Assembly: GCA_020536535.1 (NCBI GenBank)
Contig: JAHLWZ010000797.1
Location: forward strand, 1 to 64,000
DNA: 64,000 nt
Source of the DNA: Pelomyxa schiedti
Lineage: Eukaryota > Protista > Evosea
Direction of reading: 5' to 3'
Position numbers and translations under genes: made by a program. Positions 1 to 13,488 of the stretch are shown here, one piece after another; the first letter of the stretch is position 1; each line of letters opens with the position of its first letter. The notes under the pieces were generated by a model that saw only the letters and a program-made list of their open reading frames with translations, searched no databases and was not told where the DNA came from.

Positions 1-378
<378 letters not shown>

Positions 379-472
379 CGCCCCCAGCCCCGGCGAGGTT
401 TTTTTTTCTTTTCTTTCTTGCCCAAAAAAAGGTGCGAACAGACCAAGTTGTTAAGGCGTTGATTTGTTGCGT

Positions 473-3400
473 TTATAATTTCTCTACTGTTCCGGTGGTG
501 CCGTCGATTCTGAGGGTTACGCCGGTGCGGATGAATGTGGTGTCAGAGGCAGCACCTTGGACAGACACCACGGCTGGGATTCCGTACTCGCGGGCAACAA
601 CGGATCCGTGTGACAAGAACCCCCCGGCCTCAGTGACGAGGCCTGCCGCTGCTAGGAATAACGGGGTCCACGCTGGGTCTGTCCCTGGGCACACCAGAAT
701 GTCACCTGTTTACATTGTAATGAGTGGTAGGAGTGAAGCGAAATGGCATTCATGTATCTTTTGATTTGATTAATAGGAGGAGGATTCTGGTACCTGGTTG
801 TAGTTGTGTTTGGACGGGATCGTGTATTACACAAGCACGGCCGGTTACAATACCTGGTGAGACACCGGTTCCGAGCAACATGTTTTCGCTTGGAACTGAG
901 GTTCTTGATGCCTGTTTTGGTGTTTGTAAGGGATGACGAACTGGCGGCACCATACCGCATTGTAGAAAGCTCTTCCATCACTGAGAATGATCCTAGGCAC
1001 TTGTCTTCTCATAAGTTCGTGGTTATAGGCATCCTTTCTGCGTTTGATCAGTTCACGAATATCCTCGGTCACCAGACTGGAATTCTGTGTTAGTCTTTCA
1101 AGGTCGTCCATGTGCAAGAATTTGATGTCATCAGGGCATTCTAAAATGCCCGTGGCGGTCAGTTTTTCTCCAACAGAGTTCATGCCCTCACGCATATATC
1201 TGAGGATTTTCATGAGGTACATCTTGGGCCATTCCCTGAAGCCAAAGAAGTTTCTCACGTTGAAGGAAAGTCGCCGAACTAACTTCCCACCAAAATAGTA
1301 ACGAAGCCACCCTCCACTGGTGTTTTGTGCAGCTATTTCTTGTTCCATTGCTTGACGTGCTACATCTTCACCATGGGCAAATGTTATATCTGGGGTGGCA
1401 GATTCAGGAATGAGTATGAAACTCTTTAGTGTTGACATGACGGGAGCGGGATCCTCAAACCACCTCTTGACTCCAAAGTCAACTTCATTCTGACATCGAC
1501 ATCCAAAATGCTCCAAAAAAACTGAAATTCCTTTTTGAACAGGAGGTGGTAAGTCCCCGTGCACAAAGAGTTCAGTAAGTCTTTCAGGTGTCTCTGCCTG
1601 AAATAAAGACAACGAGGTATCATCACGTGAAGAGCGCATTGCTTTGGCAATACTCCACAATTCCAGATCCATTTCAGTGGTACTGTAAATAAATGATTAC
1701 AGGAGGAAAAGGCTCGATAAATTACCAGTTGTTAGGAATGCTTCTAGTGATCTTGTAGGGAAGAGTTTTGTCAAGTGCAATCTTTTCAAGTACACTGAGT
1801 GATATGAAAGAAGGAGCTGCAAAAGGAACGAGCTGTGTAAGACCCCAGGCGAGGTAGTTGGACAAGTGCTCTCTCATATATGCCCTTACTCTTGGAATAT
1901 ACTTGTAAGCATCACTATCTACTGCTGTGAGGTATTGTCTAGCGATTGAGAGTGCAGTATTGCCCTTTGCAGTAATGCGGTTACGTGTGGAAGCGGAAAA
2001 TATGAAATTGTAGATGACTTTCGGTAGAAATTTTAGCAGTGTGGACAATAGCCGAACTACTTCTCGCGCTGTGGGACCCTGTTTGCGCAATAGAATTGGT
2101 TCTTCACGTTCAAGCTCAGAAATGATACGGCAAGTAGTAGGGTCTGTTGAAGCCAAGTAATTTCGTATTATTTTCCCCCCAATGGGATTCTTGAGAATCA
2201 CATCAAGGCGCACAAATATCCGCTCGCCTGCAACTGTAAAGTAGTCTTTCTGAAGTCTCTCTTGGAGTGAAATTCCCCCGAAAAGCCCATGAGTAGCCCC
2301 GAATGCATATTTCATGACATCTTGTCCAATAGGTGTTAAAGGCTTTTGAATACATTGTAATGCTCCAAAGGAATACCACATTTTGGAAGGAGCACTTTGA
2401 GTGGGAGAATCTAGCTCCGGAACGGGATATAACGAGGTTATTGCTCGTGACTGAAGCACATGAAAATAGCCATCTGTGGTCATTGCCCACTCAATATCCT
2501 GTGGCGTTCCATATTCTTTTTGAATGAAGCTACACATTCGCGAAAGGTCCAAAACCTGTGAGTCTGTGAGTGACTTATCTTCTGGAAAGCTGTTGGGTTC
2601 TTCAGCAATGCCACTGCCGTCCTTACGACTGAGGGCCACAATTCGTTTGGAACCCGTAGTGCTGGATTCAATTCGCCACTTTCGTGAGTCTACTACAAAG
2701 TGGTCAGGTTCTACCTTGCCTGACACAAGTGCTTCTCCCAGGCCAAAAGTGGAATCAATGACAATTTCAAACCTGTTTCCACTGACCGGGTTGGCTGTGA
2801 ATGCAACTCCTGAAGCGTGAGATTGTACCATTTCTTGTACAATTACAGCCATTGATGCCCCTTCATTTAATACATGATTTCTTGCCCGATACCCGGCAGC
2901 CCTTGTGTTCCACAAACTAGACCAGCACTTCACAAGCGAGTTTATCACCTGAAGTAAGTAGTAAAAAACGAAATAAAAAGAGCAATCATCAAGGCACACC
3001 TCATCTTCTCCAATGACATTCAAGTAGGTGTCATGCAAACCAGCAAACGAACAGTCTGAAGAGTCTTCAGTAGTAGCAGATGACCTGACTGCAACAGGAA
3101 CTGGATTGCCACCACTGCACAGTGTTCTATATGCCTCACAGACCTCCTTCCTTAATCCATCTGGAAGCTCACCCTAAGTACAAAAAAAAAACTGAACAAA
3201 CTCCCGAAACAGATTAAAAAGTGGGTTTTTGGTTCCACATACCTCCAGAAAAGCAGCCCTCAGTTTTTCCGCTAATAATACACTTTCTGGTGAATCGGCA
3301 TCACACTTTGGTGTACCAACACCGTCACCCTCCTTTCTCGTAATATGTGTTGATGTCGACGTCGTTGCCGTCGAGACTTCGTTTTCGGGATGCGGGTGAG

Positions 3401-3700
3401 TGTCGGGGGCACGCTCTCCCATAATGCCATCCCACTTGGGCTTGTTTTGGTCCACAAAAGAGCAATAAGCGACGGTCGTTACGACGAAGCCCCGAGGAAC
3501 GTTGAGCCCCGCCTTGCTCAACCTGATCAAGTTATGGGCTTTCCCTCCAACGCGTGGCCTGCCTTGTTCCTCGCAAATAGACGAGGACCTGCCACACTTC
3601 CCAAAAGTTAAAAATAACTCAACAAAAGAATCTGCGGTCCTACTCTTGTTGCGGCTCCAGTGTCGGTTGGTCGACCAAAAGGCACGATCACCGGCAACAT
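473..3700 (-). CDS. Rifampin phosphotransferase-like (PEP synthase/PPDK family: ATP-grasp, substrate domain, C-terminal phospho-His swivel), spliced
   Basis: VGGKAHNL, VPRGFVVTT, VAVRSSATTED..SFAGLHDTYLNV, MAVIVQEMV..SGVAFTANP, GLGEALVSG, PQDIEWA, LQSRAITSL; middle domain SIPNN-CTTEM, FGCRCQNEVD..RWFEDP, GFREWPK; C-terminal DILVCPGTDPAWTPLF...GGFLSHGSVVAREYGIPAVV. About five GT-AG introns join the ORFs; start approximate. Confidence 0.85.
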
Positions 3701-3872
3701 CGCCTGGAAAAACTTGATGGAAAAATGACAAGTAATTCCCCTAAAAAGCTCTGATCTTTCGCAGTGAACTAAAACGCGTTGTATTGTTAAATACACCTTA
3801 CAGTTGTTTAATGAAACAGAGATGACAGCAGAATGATTCCATCATCAGGAATACCAGGCCTGTTGGCTGGAT

Positions 3873-6321
3873 TTAGTGGTTTTTGTTGTTGTGCCCGTGG
3901 CTGGATTTGTGCTTGCTGTTGTGGCTATGACTGCGTTTATCTGGTGTACCTTTCTCGTCAGAACCCTTGTTGTCATTGTTGCTTTTATCTGGTGGTTCTG
4001 CTGTTTCCTCTGGTTTGCTGCTCTCAATGTCCCTCCCTCTGTCCGCTCCCCCATCACATTCTCCCCGGTTTTGCTCATCTCCCATCTCCCCTCTTCCCTC
4101 ATACCTTTCTCCATTGTCGTTGTTGTTGTTGTCATTGCCATTATCATTCGCAGTATCTCCGTCTTTCTCTTTATCTTTGGAATAGCCTGGCCCTGCACCC
4201 TCATAATAATCAGGATTGTTGTTGTCTCTGTTGCCGTTCTCGTTATCGTTGTCGTTGTTGTTGGCGTTAGTTCCCTGCAGTTCCACGTCATCTTTCACCG
4301 AATCACTGGCCTCAGACATTGCTGATCCGTTGGTTGATGCCACTGAGCCGTAGTCGTTCATGCCCCCGAATGAATTGGCAATGGTGGCTTCGGCATCCAA
4401 CCGTAGCTTTTTGAAGGGGGTTGGTTGGTTAAGTTATTGTGGGATTCGGCGGCTGTGTGGTGATGGAATGTGTTTCAGTTGTTAGTTACCTTCTCAAGTT
4501 TCTCCCGGAACTTGGGCACTTTGGCCTTGTCTAAGCATTATGGGTGAGTTGATTTGATTTCGGCTTTAGTCTTGGATACTAACCGGTCATTAGAACTGTG
4601 GAGTGTGTTTTGCACAATTCAATCGCCTTGTGATTGAAGAAAATCTGCCACAAAAATTAAAAAGGAAGGAGGGAGTTGTGGACTACTGTAGTTGCAATAA
4701 AGTCCACAACAGCTGTGGCAAATACAAGCAAGCCAAATCCACTGATAAACTGGAAAGGAGAATCAATTTAAAAGAGCTAAGGGAGTCTCTCCCACTTCCC
4801 AAATGAAGGGAGAAACCCATACAGAAAGAAGGAGAGTGGTAAAATCGAATTTGCACAAGGTGCCAACTTGGAATGTCTGAGCAATTTAGAATCACAAAAC
4901 AAGGTTGAAAATTTACCAGTATGCGAACACCATGCCTAGAATAATGTACTTAATTAGTGAAGATTGGAAGAGGGAGTGTATTACCGTTCTTGTTTGAAGC
5001 GTAGTGTTCTATTCTCGTTGTAGTCAGTCTCAATTGTTTTATATTTTGTTTGTGGCAGTGCCTCCACGGTGATGGAGTATCTAGAAACTGTTAATTTTGG
5101 CTCTTTACCGATTTCCTACCTTATATCATTTAGGTTGAATGACCACTTATTAGAATAGCTAATTGTCAGTGTAATAACAATTCCACAGTCTCGCCAAGAG
5201 TCATCGCTATCCGGAATGGTTGCTATTAATTCACGCGTCAAAAAATTGTGGGAAAGAAAGGGAAAGCAAACATATATTATCTAGCGAGTCAATGCCAGCA
5301 GCTTTCAATAGTGCATCTACTTCAATATAATCATAGTCTTCCCGCTGCCCCACACTATTTGGGGCCTCCAATTCGACTTTCTCACCCTTATAGTTGTATA
5401 GGTCTCCTGAAAGCTTTAAAGTAGGTGTCAATACGGCGTCTACTCAAATGGACCATACATATCTGCCCTGTCGCGAGATTTTCGTCTCAGGCGAGAAAAA
5501 GCTATGGTCAATACTGACCTAATTGATACACATTATACCACTCTCCAAACAGAAGAAATAGAATACAAGAAAATGCTCAACATCAGCGATGTAAGCGCCG
5601 TACTCGTCAGATGCATCTTCAAAGAAGCACTCGAATTCTTCTCGGCTGCACCCAGGTATAGCCTTTCCACAGTCTAAGCAGGCAAATGAATGCGTACGGA
5701 GATACCTCATATTTTGTATCAATCCTTGTTGTCACCAAAATAGCATTTTGTTCCGTTGAAGGGAACCTTAATAATGAAGTTAAGAGATAGAAGATGCGTA
5801 CAATGGGAGTTAACCTTACTTCATACTTGTCCCAGTAGACACAGTTCTCTTTATCATGGATACTTGGAAGGCTACTATCTAAACAATATGTAATATTTTC
5901 TGGTGGAAGATAAGGGTCGGGCTATGAGTTCGGTTTTCCCCAAATAGATGGAGGTAAAAATGTCAGTTTCGGTCTTTTGATAATGGTGATACCTCGTCAA
6001 GAGCAAGACGAACAGCTCCAGTTGGAGCATCAGTGAGTAAGTAATTCTTCTCCCATAGGATGGTAAAAAAACAAGTATACAACTGCTTGTTGTTGAGAGG
6101 GAAAACCCAAAAAAAAAAAAAAAAAAACACAGAAGGGGAGTGTGAAACAGAGTTGCACAAACAAAATGGGTACACACAATTATGCAGCAACAACAAAACC
6201 AGTGCAGTGCTGCCAAACGCCAATCACGAACTTTGACAGTTTGCACAGTAGTGTAGCATGCAGCTTCCTCCCAAACAGAGTCCAGTGCTCCAAGTAGGAT
6301 TTTCTTGAGGCTCGCCCCCAT
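3873..6321 (-). CDS. P2X receptor (ATP-gated cation channel), Dictyostelium-type, spliced
   Basis: N-terminus YTTVQTVKVRDWRLAALHW, TM1, then EKNYLLTDAPTGAVRL; YIADVEHF; TM2 SGFGLLVFATAVVDFIA near 4690-4745; acidic Asn-rich tail in ORF 3873..4400. Confidence 0.8.
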
Positions 6322-6627
6322 GTCTATGAGTTTATATTTACTTTTGGCTCTGTTTTTACTCGCGCCGCCCTCCTTTGTTGTGTTGTACCACTTTTTTTCT
6401 TTCCCCCCCTCGAAACCTCGTTTCGTGCTGCCTTGCCGTAGGTTTTGTTGAAATCCGGTTTCTGCGATTTTTCCCTCATGGATGTTTGGATCAACAGCAA
6501 TCTGGGAGTTTCCGATAGAGGAATGACTTTCCTGAGTCTGCCCTGTGGCACCGTTTGCTGGCAACAATCTCACCTTGGGTCCAGGATTAGCATCTGAACG
6601 GATCCAGATTTCTACCAATTCTGTACA

Positions 6628-9171
6628 GGCAGACGATGGAGACCGAGACAAGGAAGTATTAAGAGGACAGTGGGGTTCTTCCTTGGTCCCTTGTTGTTAG
6701 TATCTGCATCTCTAACTCCCTTTGAGTATGTCTTTTTCCCCCAACGTACCGTTCGTGTGTGCAAAGGAACGTGCCATTGTGCCTGTGCACATTCAGTTTG
6801 GTTTGATAAATGACGATCGTTGTTTTCAGCCCGGTGAACCCACTTGTGGGACGATGCCTTGGTGTCACGTTGTGGATGTGCTGCTGGTGGGTTACGGACT
6901 GCTCGCCAATGTACGTCACTGCCCTGCTGCCTCTCGTGCTGTTCCCACTTATGGGAATACTCTCCGCGTCCGAAGTGGCGAAGCAATACGTGGATTCTCT
7001 CAGTTTCATTCAATTGGGAGGTGCCATGGTTGCCCTGGCACTGGCTCGTTGGGGATTGCAGCAGAGAATGGCTCTGTTTGCCATGTCTAAAGTTGGTAAG
7101 CTTTTGCTTTTACTGTTGCTTTTTTCTCTAGATTATGTTTTACTTGAAAACTCCTGTGAATGTGGTGGAAGTGAATAGAGTGGATGATTGAGGGGATTTT
7201 TCTCATGTGGAAGGTAGGTGCACGGCCTGAAGTACTTCTTCTTGCATTCAGCTGGATAACATTCTTTTTGAGCATGTGGATATCAAATACAACTACCACA
7301 CTTTTGATGCTAACAAACGTTCTTGCGCTCCTGTCACAACTGGAACCCCCAGTTGGCGAAATCTCTGACATATACGAAAAGTTTGCCTTTTCCTCCTAAT
7401 AAAACAAATGAAAGGAATCCTAAGAGGTCCACCCAGGCAGAGGAAAGAGGTTTCAGCCTTTGGAAAGATGGTACTTTTATCAATATCCTGGTCTTCTTCA
7501 ATTGGAGGTAATATGTCTTATTTTTTTTTTTTTGTGCTCCTCATAAGTTTTCTAAGGAGCCAGCTCGTTGGTTGGAACTGCTACAAATCTCATCTTTGTA
7601 AATGTGTACAGTGTAAATTTCCCAGACGGAGTCGAAATCACTTTTGCAAAGTGGTTCACATACTGTTTCCCGGTGTCATTCATTCTCAATATTTTTTGCT
7701 GGTTCCTGCTTGTTTGCCTATTTTGGTTCCTGCGTGGCAGCATCAGAGGTTGGTGAGTATTTCTTTTTTACTTCACGAATGTCATGTCAAAACCCAATTC
7801 CTGCCTTAGGGACATCCAACTTTGCAGGGTTAACAAAAGCTTCTTTGAAGGAACGGTATCTTTCTTTACCAAAGATATGTTATGAGGAAATCGTAGTCCT
7901 TGTGGATTTCTGTGCCCTTGCAATTCTTTTCATGTTTCGAAGTGGTAAGCACACACCTCAGTGAGATCGATTGATTACATATTTTGTCTTCAGACATCGA
8001 CTTTGGCGTTTTTGTACTTCCTGGGTGGGGAAGAGTATTCCCAAAAAATTTTGCCAATGACAGTACAGTGGCAATTCTGTGTGGCGGGATAATGTACCTT
8101 ATTCCTGGAAGACGCTCATACACAGCCGCACAACGCCATACTCCCTCTAGTGAAGATAGATCCCAGTATGACAGGGCATCTCTGGAGGAGCCACTAAGCG
8201 CCGAATCAAATGTGGGATCTGCCAACTCGGTTGAACTCAGAGAATTGCCTACCGATCACGTTGCTTTGGACATTTTGCCACATACTTCTGAGCAAGCCCC
8301 AGAACTTTCCACAAGCCTTGTGATGCAACGCCCACTGATTAATGAAACAATGCACACAACTCAGAGAGATCCTTCAAGTTGCTGTACACTGCAACATTGT
8401 ACCCCAAGGATTATATACAAAAAGCTCTTTTCTTGGGCGGATACTAAAATTCTTGATGCTGATTCATTCAAGGAACTTCCTTGGGATGTTATCATTTTGC
8501 TCGGTGGTGGACTTGCTCTTGCCCAAGTTTGTCCTGAAGCAAACCTGTATCTGTTTTATACCAAATTAGGGGCTGAATGCTAGTGGACTGGGAAGTTGGT
8601 TTGGGTCCCTTCTAAATGATCTCCAAGGAGTACCTTTGTGGGTACTTGTTCTTATAGCCTCCCTGATGACGAAGGTTGCAAAAACTCCCAGCTTATGATT
8701 CCCCAAAACTCTCCAGGCACTTACCGAGATTACTGTCAATGTTGCTGCAGCCACGATTCTGCTTCCGGTTGTTGCTAGTCTAGCAATTGCTACTGGAACT
8801 GAACCTTTGGTCCTCATGATTCCGGCTACACTGGTATACACTCAAATACCTCCTCCCGTTCCCATTTCACACTGTTGTAGTGCGCTTCTTTTGCCTTCAT
8901 GCTTCCAACTGCTTGTGCTTCAAACTTGATTGTATTTAGCAGCCGGAAGCTTCAAATACATGGTAAGTTGAAAGCCCATGTTCTGTCAGCTTATCTGCGC
9001 GCAGAAATGCTTCTTTGGGGCTCATTTCTAAGTTTACTTTGTATTGGGATACTCACCCTTGTCAGCATCCTGGGTGAGGGTTGGCTTGGTTGGTCCTTTG
9101 GTCTTAGTTCCCTCAGCACCTCCGGATCCATTTCATCAAGTTCCACGAGTTCTATTTTTCTCCGAGAATAG
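6628..9171 (+). CDS. SLC13/DASS sodium:sulfate/dicarboxylate symporter, spliced
   Basis: GFFLGPLL, WMCCWWVTD..PMYVTALLPLVLFPLMGIL, FLSMWISNTTTT, SSSIGG...LVGTATNL, LPWDVIILLGGGLALA, CASFAFMLPTACASN. Start codon probably in a small exon upstream (~6480-6630), unresolved. Confidence 0.88.
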
Positions 9172-9194
9172 AGCAAAAAAAAATAAAGTTATTC

Positions 9195-11029
9195 TCAACT
9201 ACTGGTGCTCGTAGAAGGTTGTGCTACAGAGTGGAAAGGCAACAAGCTTGTCAAAAAAGCAGGAAAGCCACACAGGGGCAGAGCTTCTTGCATGTATAAC
9301 CAGTGCTGCACCTCATGGGAAGCGAACTCACTGTTCACAATGTGCTTGTGCAGCAATTGTTCCTTGAACTCTCTCACCTGAGTTGGGAATTCTGATGCGG
9401 AGATGATTCCACGTGTTACACCAAGGGTTGTGTTGTATGAGTCAAACAATGGCTGGTCTAAATATAGTCCAACTGCCGGTGCAGTGGGAATTCCCCCGCC
9501 CACATTCTGTGGAGACATGGATTGGTTGAGGGCTTCAGTAACTACTTCGATTGGCGGGAGTGGCCTAAGGCGCAGCAAAAGGATGGCAAATCCAACCATT
9601 TTGCGGATTTGAAACTGCATAAAGCTTTGACCACTCACTTTCAGGGAAACCAGTTGCATACCGTCCACTGTAAAAAGTTTGAGAACTACGATTAGGAAAT
9701 ACAATGCACATACCGTTGAACGGATCACTGCAAGTAAAAGAAGTTATGAACCGTTTGGAGTTGGAGGCGGTAGGGGATTTTCCAATTGTGAAATTGTGGT
9801 AGAGGTGGGTTTTCTCATATAAGTGAAGAAATTTCCTGAGATAGTCGAGCCGTGGGTCACTTGCGTCTATGTTGGGCCACCACTGTTCTCTGGTAGTGGC
9901 CTGTGTAGTGGGATGGACCGTGGCCAATGGTGTGTTGCTGGTATCGGGTTTGGGGTCTGCTGCTGTAGTACTTGAAGTTGTGCAGGATGTTTCTGATTCC
10001 TCTTCACTTTCATCTTTGAAGCTCACCTCTTGATAGGATTTGTATGGTGTACCATCAGCCTTTGGAGCAGGAGCGGGAGTTGCCGAATCAGTGAAAAAAA
10101 ACGTGGGTACCACATATTCATAATCTCGGCCATTTGCACGCCGTTTGGCATCGAAGGTCATTGTTGTCTTACGGTACCCATAAATCGAAATGGTAGTACC
10201 TGCTAATTCTCTATTGATTCGCTCAATGATATCGGGTTCAATAATCATGCTAAGTTGAGCTTAAAAAGAAAAAAAGAAAACTGCAGGCACACTTTAACGA
10301 TACGACATTGCACGCAGCAGATACGCCTTTGTCAGTCCGTGTGCATCGTGACCAGGACACCTTTGTAAGAGACCCAGCATTGTCATCTGAAATGCCACTG
10401 GAAAGAAGTTTTGGTGAGTACTAATATTGGAGAAAAAAAGGAAAGAGGGAAATCAAAAGGGGAAGAAAAGTAGATTACACTACAAGAGGGGCCAAGATAC
10501 ACTACCCAGCACGGTGGATTGCAGCCAACAAATCACCCTCAATGGTTTTAGCATTTGGGTTGTGCTGCATGCCCTTGTAGCCTGTCCCCAAGTACCTCAT
10601 TAGCAAGGCCACTCTAGTCTTTGGCTTCCTCTTCTTTCCGCCACCTTCACCACCACTCTTTGTTGAATTTGCATTTGCATTTGCATTTGCAGTTGCAGTT
10701 GCAGTTGCAGTTGCCCTTGCAGATGTGCACATTACACTCGCACTTGCAACTGCAGGTGTAGGCGTCGATGGCTTTTCAGATGCGGTGGTCGCAGGATTCG
10801 TCGCATTTTCTGTGTTGGTCGCGCATTTGTTTGGTGGGCACGACGAGCACGAGTCTGCAATAATTGGTTGGGACTGAATCTGGGACGGCGAACTGCCGAC
10901 TTCACCCTGCTTGATCGAATCTGATGCCCCAGAGACATGCACCTCGCGCGTCTCCGAATTGGACGACGAAGAAGGGGACACCCGTGGCCTCTTGCTATTG
11001 GGCTCAACTTCTTGTTCTGGTTTGTTCAT
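9195..11029 (-). CDS. PUS1: tRNA pseudouridine synthase (TruA/Pus1 family), spliced
   Basis: VALLMRYLGTGYKGMQHNP..TIEGDL, catalytic RTDKGVSA, RDYEYVVP, HLYHNFT, GQSFMQFQIRKMVG, APAVGLYL. Confidence 0.9.
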
Positions 11030-11128
11030 CGGTTATTGTTGTTGTGTAGGCCCTATGATTAGGACGCGTATCGTCTATGCTTTTTGTGAAGAAAAAATCA
11101 ATGATGAGGAAGATTGATCTTGGTGCTT

Positions 11129-12215
11129 TTACAGGCATTTGGAAATAAACAGAATGTAAAGTGTGAGGGCAACAATAATGGCCATCACAGTGTTCAGACC
11201 TGTGATGGTAGTATTGTGACAGGTCCCACTATCGGGACCAGAAGAATTTGTCACAGTGCTTGAGGCATGATTTGATGTGGTTGTTCTTGTAGTTGTAGTT
11301 GTGATGGTTTTTGCTGAACTTGTTGGTGGTTGTTCTGCTGTCGAGTCATTATTATTTGATAGTGACAAAGGTAGACAACTTACCAACACTGGTATTCATG
11401 GAACAGTCACATTTACATTTAGAGCCACGAGCCGTGATTGATGTGGCTGCTGATTTAAGATAGCACTCCTCATTCTCGTACTCATCCTCACCCTTGTTCT
11501 TGTGCTCACCAGGAGCCATGCAATTGTGGTCCACTTGCAGATCCGGGTTATGGGTCCCGCTTGCACCCCTAGTGCAAGTGCAGTTGCTTTTGTGCTCATC
11601 ACCACCCATTTGGCGTAAATGCTGGTCTGGTTGGGCAATAGGAACAAGTTGTGCAGGGTCAATTTGGGGCTGGTGTTGTTGAGGATGATTGGGGGGTTGG
11701 TTGTTGTTATTGTTATTGTTCACATCAGTGCAGGCGGCAAGTTGCATTTCCTCCACGTGAATCTGGTGTGCAAGGGCCGCGTCGATGGCAACGTCATTGG
11801 CGCCAACTGCTATGGGCTGGACGTACCCAGCGGCCGCAAAGTCAGGCACGCACACGCACAAGAAGTTGCTACTCGTTATGGGATACATAGGAGGTGATAA
11901 TTAAGACAAAAACCCAATCCTCAACAACATCGCTGCAAAATCGTGTACATACGGGTCCGTTGGTGGGCGATCGGAGGTTTTATCGATACGATGAAAACAT
12001 CAAAATAGGCGAAAAATGCCCTGTAATTAATGAGAGGAGGGAAAATCTGGGTGTTGCGCTGTAACCTGGTCCAAAAAACAGCCGATGATATGCCCCTGGT
12101 TTGGTTGTGTCTGTGGTGGTTGTAAGGGAGAAATGATTTTTTTTATAGGAAAACGGGTCGATTGTAGCGATTGGGCGCTGAGAAGCACAGCAACGAATAA
12201 TGGCAAAACTTGCAT
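11129..12215 (-). CDS. Hypothetical surface/secreted protein with Thr/Ser-rich stalk and hydrophobic C-terminus
   Basis: Signal-like MQVLPLFVAVLLSAQS at 12215; ORF 11352..11888; last ORF ends TTTTTRTTTS...MAIIVALTLYILFISKCL. Exon linkage not resolved. Confidence 0.35.
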
Positions 12216-13488
12216 GTTGTGGCTGTGAATTGAGTGCAAACAACACTGTACAGCACAAATTGGCGCAGACACATCAAGTCTACCCTGTGACACTTTGAGT
12301 GTCGTTGTTCCCACCTTGCCTGCAAACTGTTCAACAACCTGGGTTGCTGCTTATTTGAAAAGTACTGGTAGCTCTCCCTGTGGACTCAGGTAGATTGAAT
12401 GACTTGCCCTTCCTAATTATTATGCAGGTATGGGAGAAGGCAGCAGAACTGTTTCTTTCAGTCCGGCTCCATACATCCCAGCCTCTCCTCACTCCTTCCT
12501 GACCTCTTATTCTTTGCCTTCCGGCTCCAATTCTTTACCTTCCGCATATAGACAGTCAAGCCCACAAGACGCTCCCCAGTCTGCACAATACCATGGAAAC
12601 CAAAACTTGTGATGGAAAAAAAAAACCTTTTTTTTTTTACAAGGTTGTTGTATTGAAGGCTGCAATGAATGGCGTGACATCCACATTTATTACTCACAGG
12701 ATAATAGATATATAATAGATATTCTCGATGTCAACATCTGCACTCCATACTTACCTGTTCCAGGCAAAAAAAGTTCTATTTCTATCCATACCACTAACAA
12801 TTCAATTCGAGTCAATCAACCCTCCCACGCACCCAAAACGTACCACCAATACTAGCCGAACGTCGTTCACCACGAAACACCGCACCACCGCGCGAACTGG
12901 AACTTCGAAATAGGAAAACAACTTGAATCTCGTTCTATTTTCTATTCGTTAGAGCAGTATGAAGAACGGAATGCAAGACACAATTCTTTTCATCGTTCGA
13001 TAAAATGGAAATAAGGTGTAGACTGGCTATGACATGTTTTGTGTCAAAAACAAGTGAGTGATTGCCCTTGGGTCACAGTCCACTTGTTCTTGTCAATACA
13101 ACATTACTTGTCACCAAGATGTTTTTTCTTGATTCTTTGGGCAGAGGGGCATCAGCAACAACAGTTTTTGTGCAAACAATGTGCTTGCTGTTTCCTTGTT
13201 GAAATATAACAAAACCAACCTTGTTTCAACCAGCCAAACCGGGACCCAGAAAATCCCTGTGTGAGTCCCAAATAATTTAATAACACAACTTCAGCTGGAC
13301 TGAGTCCCAAGGGAGGTGGGCCTGCCTGTTCGAACAATGCACGCCACTTTCGTAGTCTCTCATAGGCACGGTTTCCTACGTAGGAAACCAAAAAAATGTT
13401 TTCGTGTGAAAGCATAAACAGTACAAAAGCGGGTCTGCCTTCTTTTTTTTATGCACCCACACTCGTGTTTGAGTATGGAATTATGGTG

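Noticed and set aside
473-3700. Canonical PEP synthase / pyruvate phosphate dikinase
   Set aside because: The His domain is C-terminal and there is no pyruvate-binding barrel.
12747-12757. ATACTTACCTG, identical to the U1 snRNA 5' end
   Set aside because: No U1 stem-loops or Sm site follow; better explained as a consensus 5' splice site on the minus strand.
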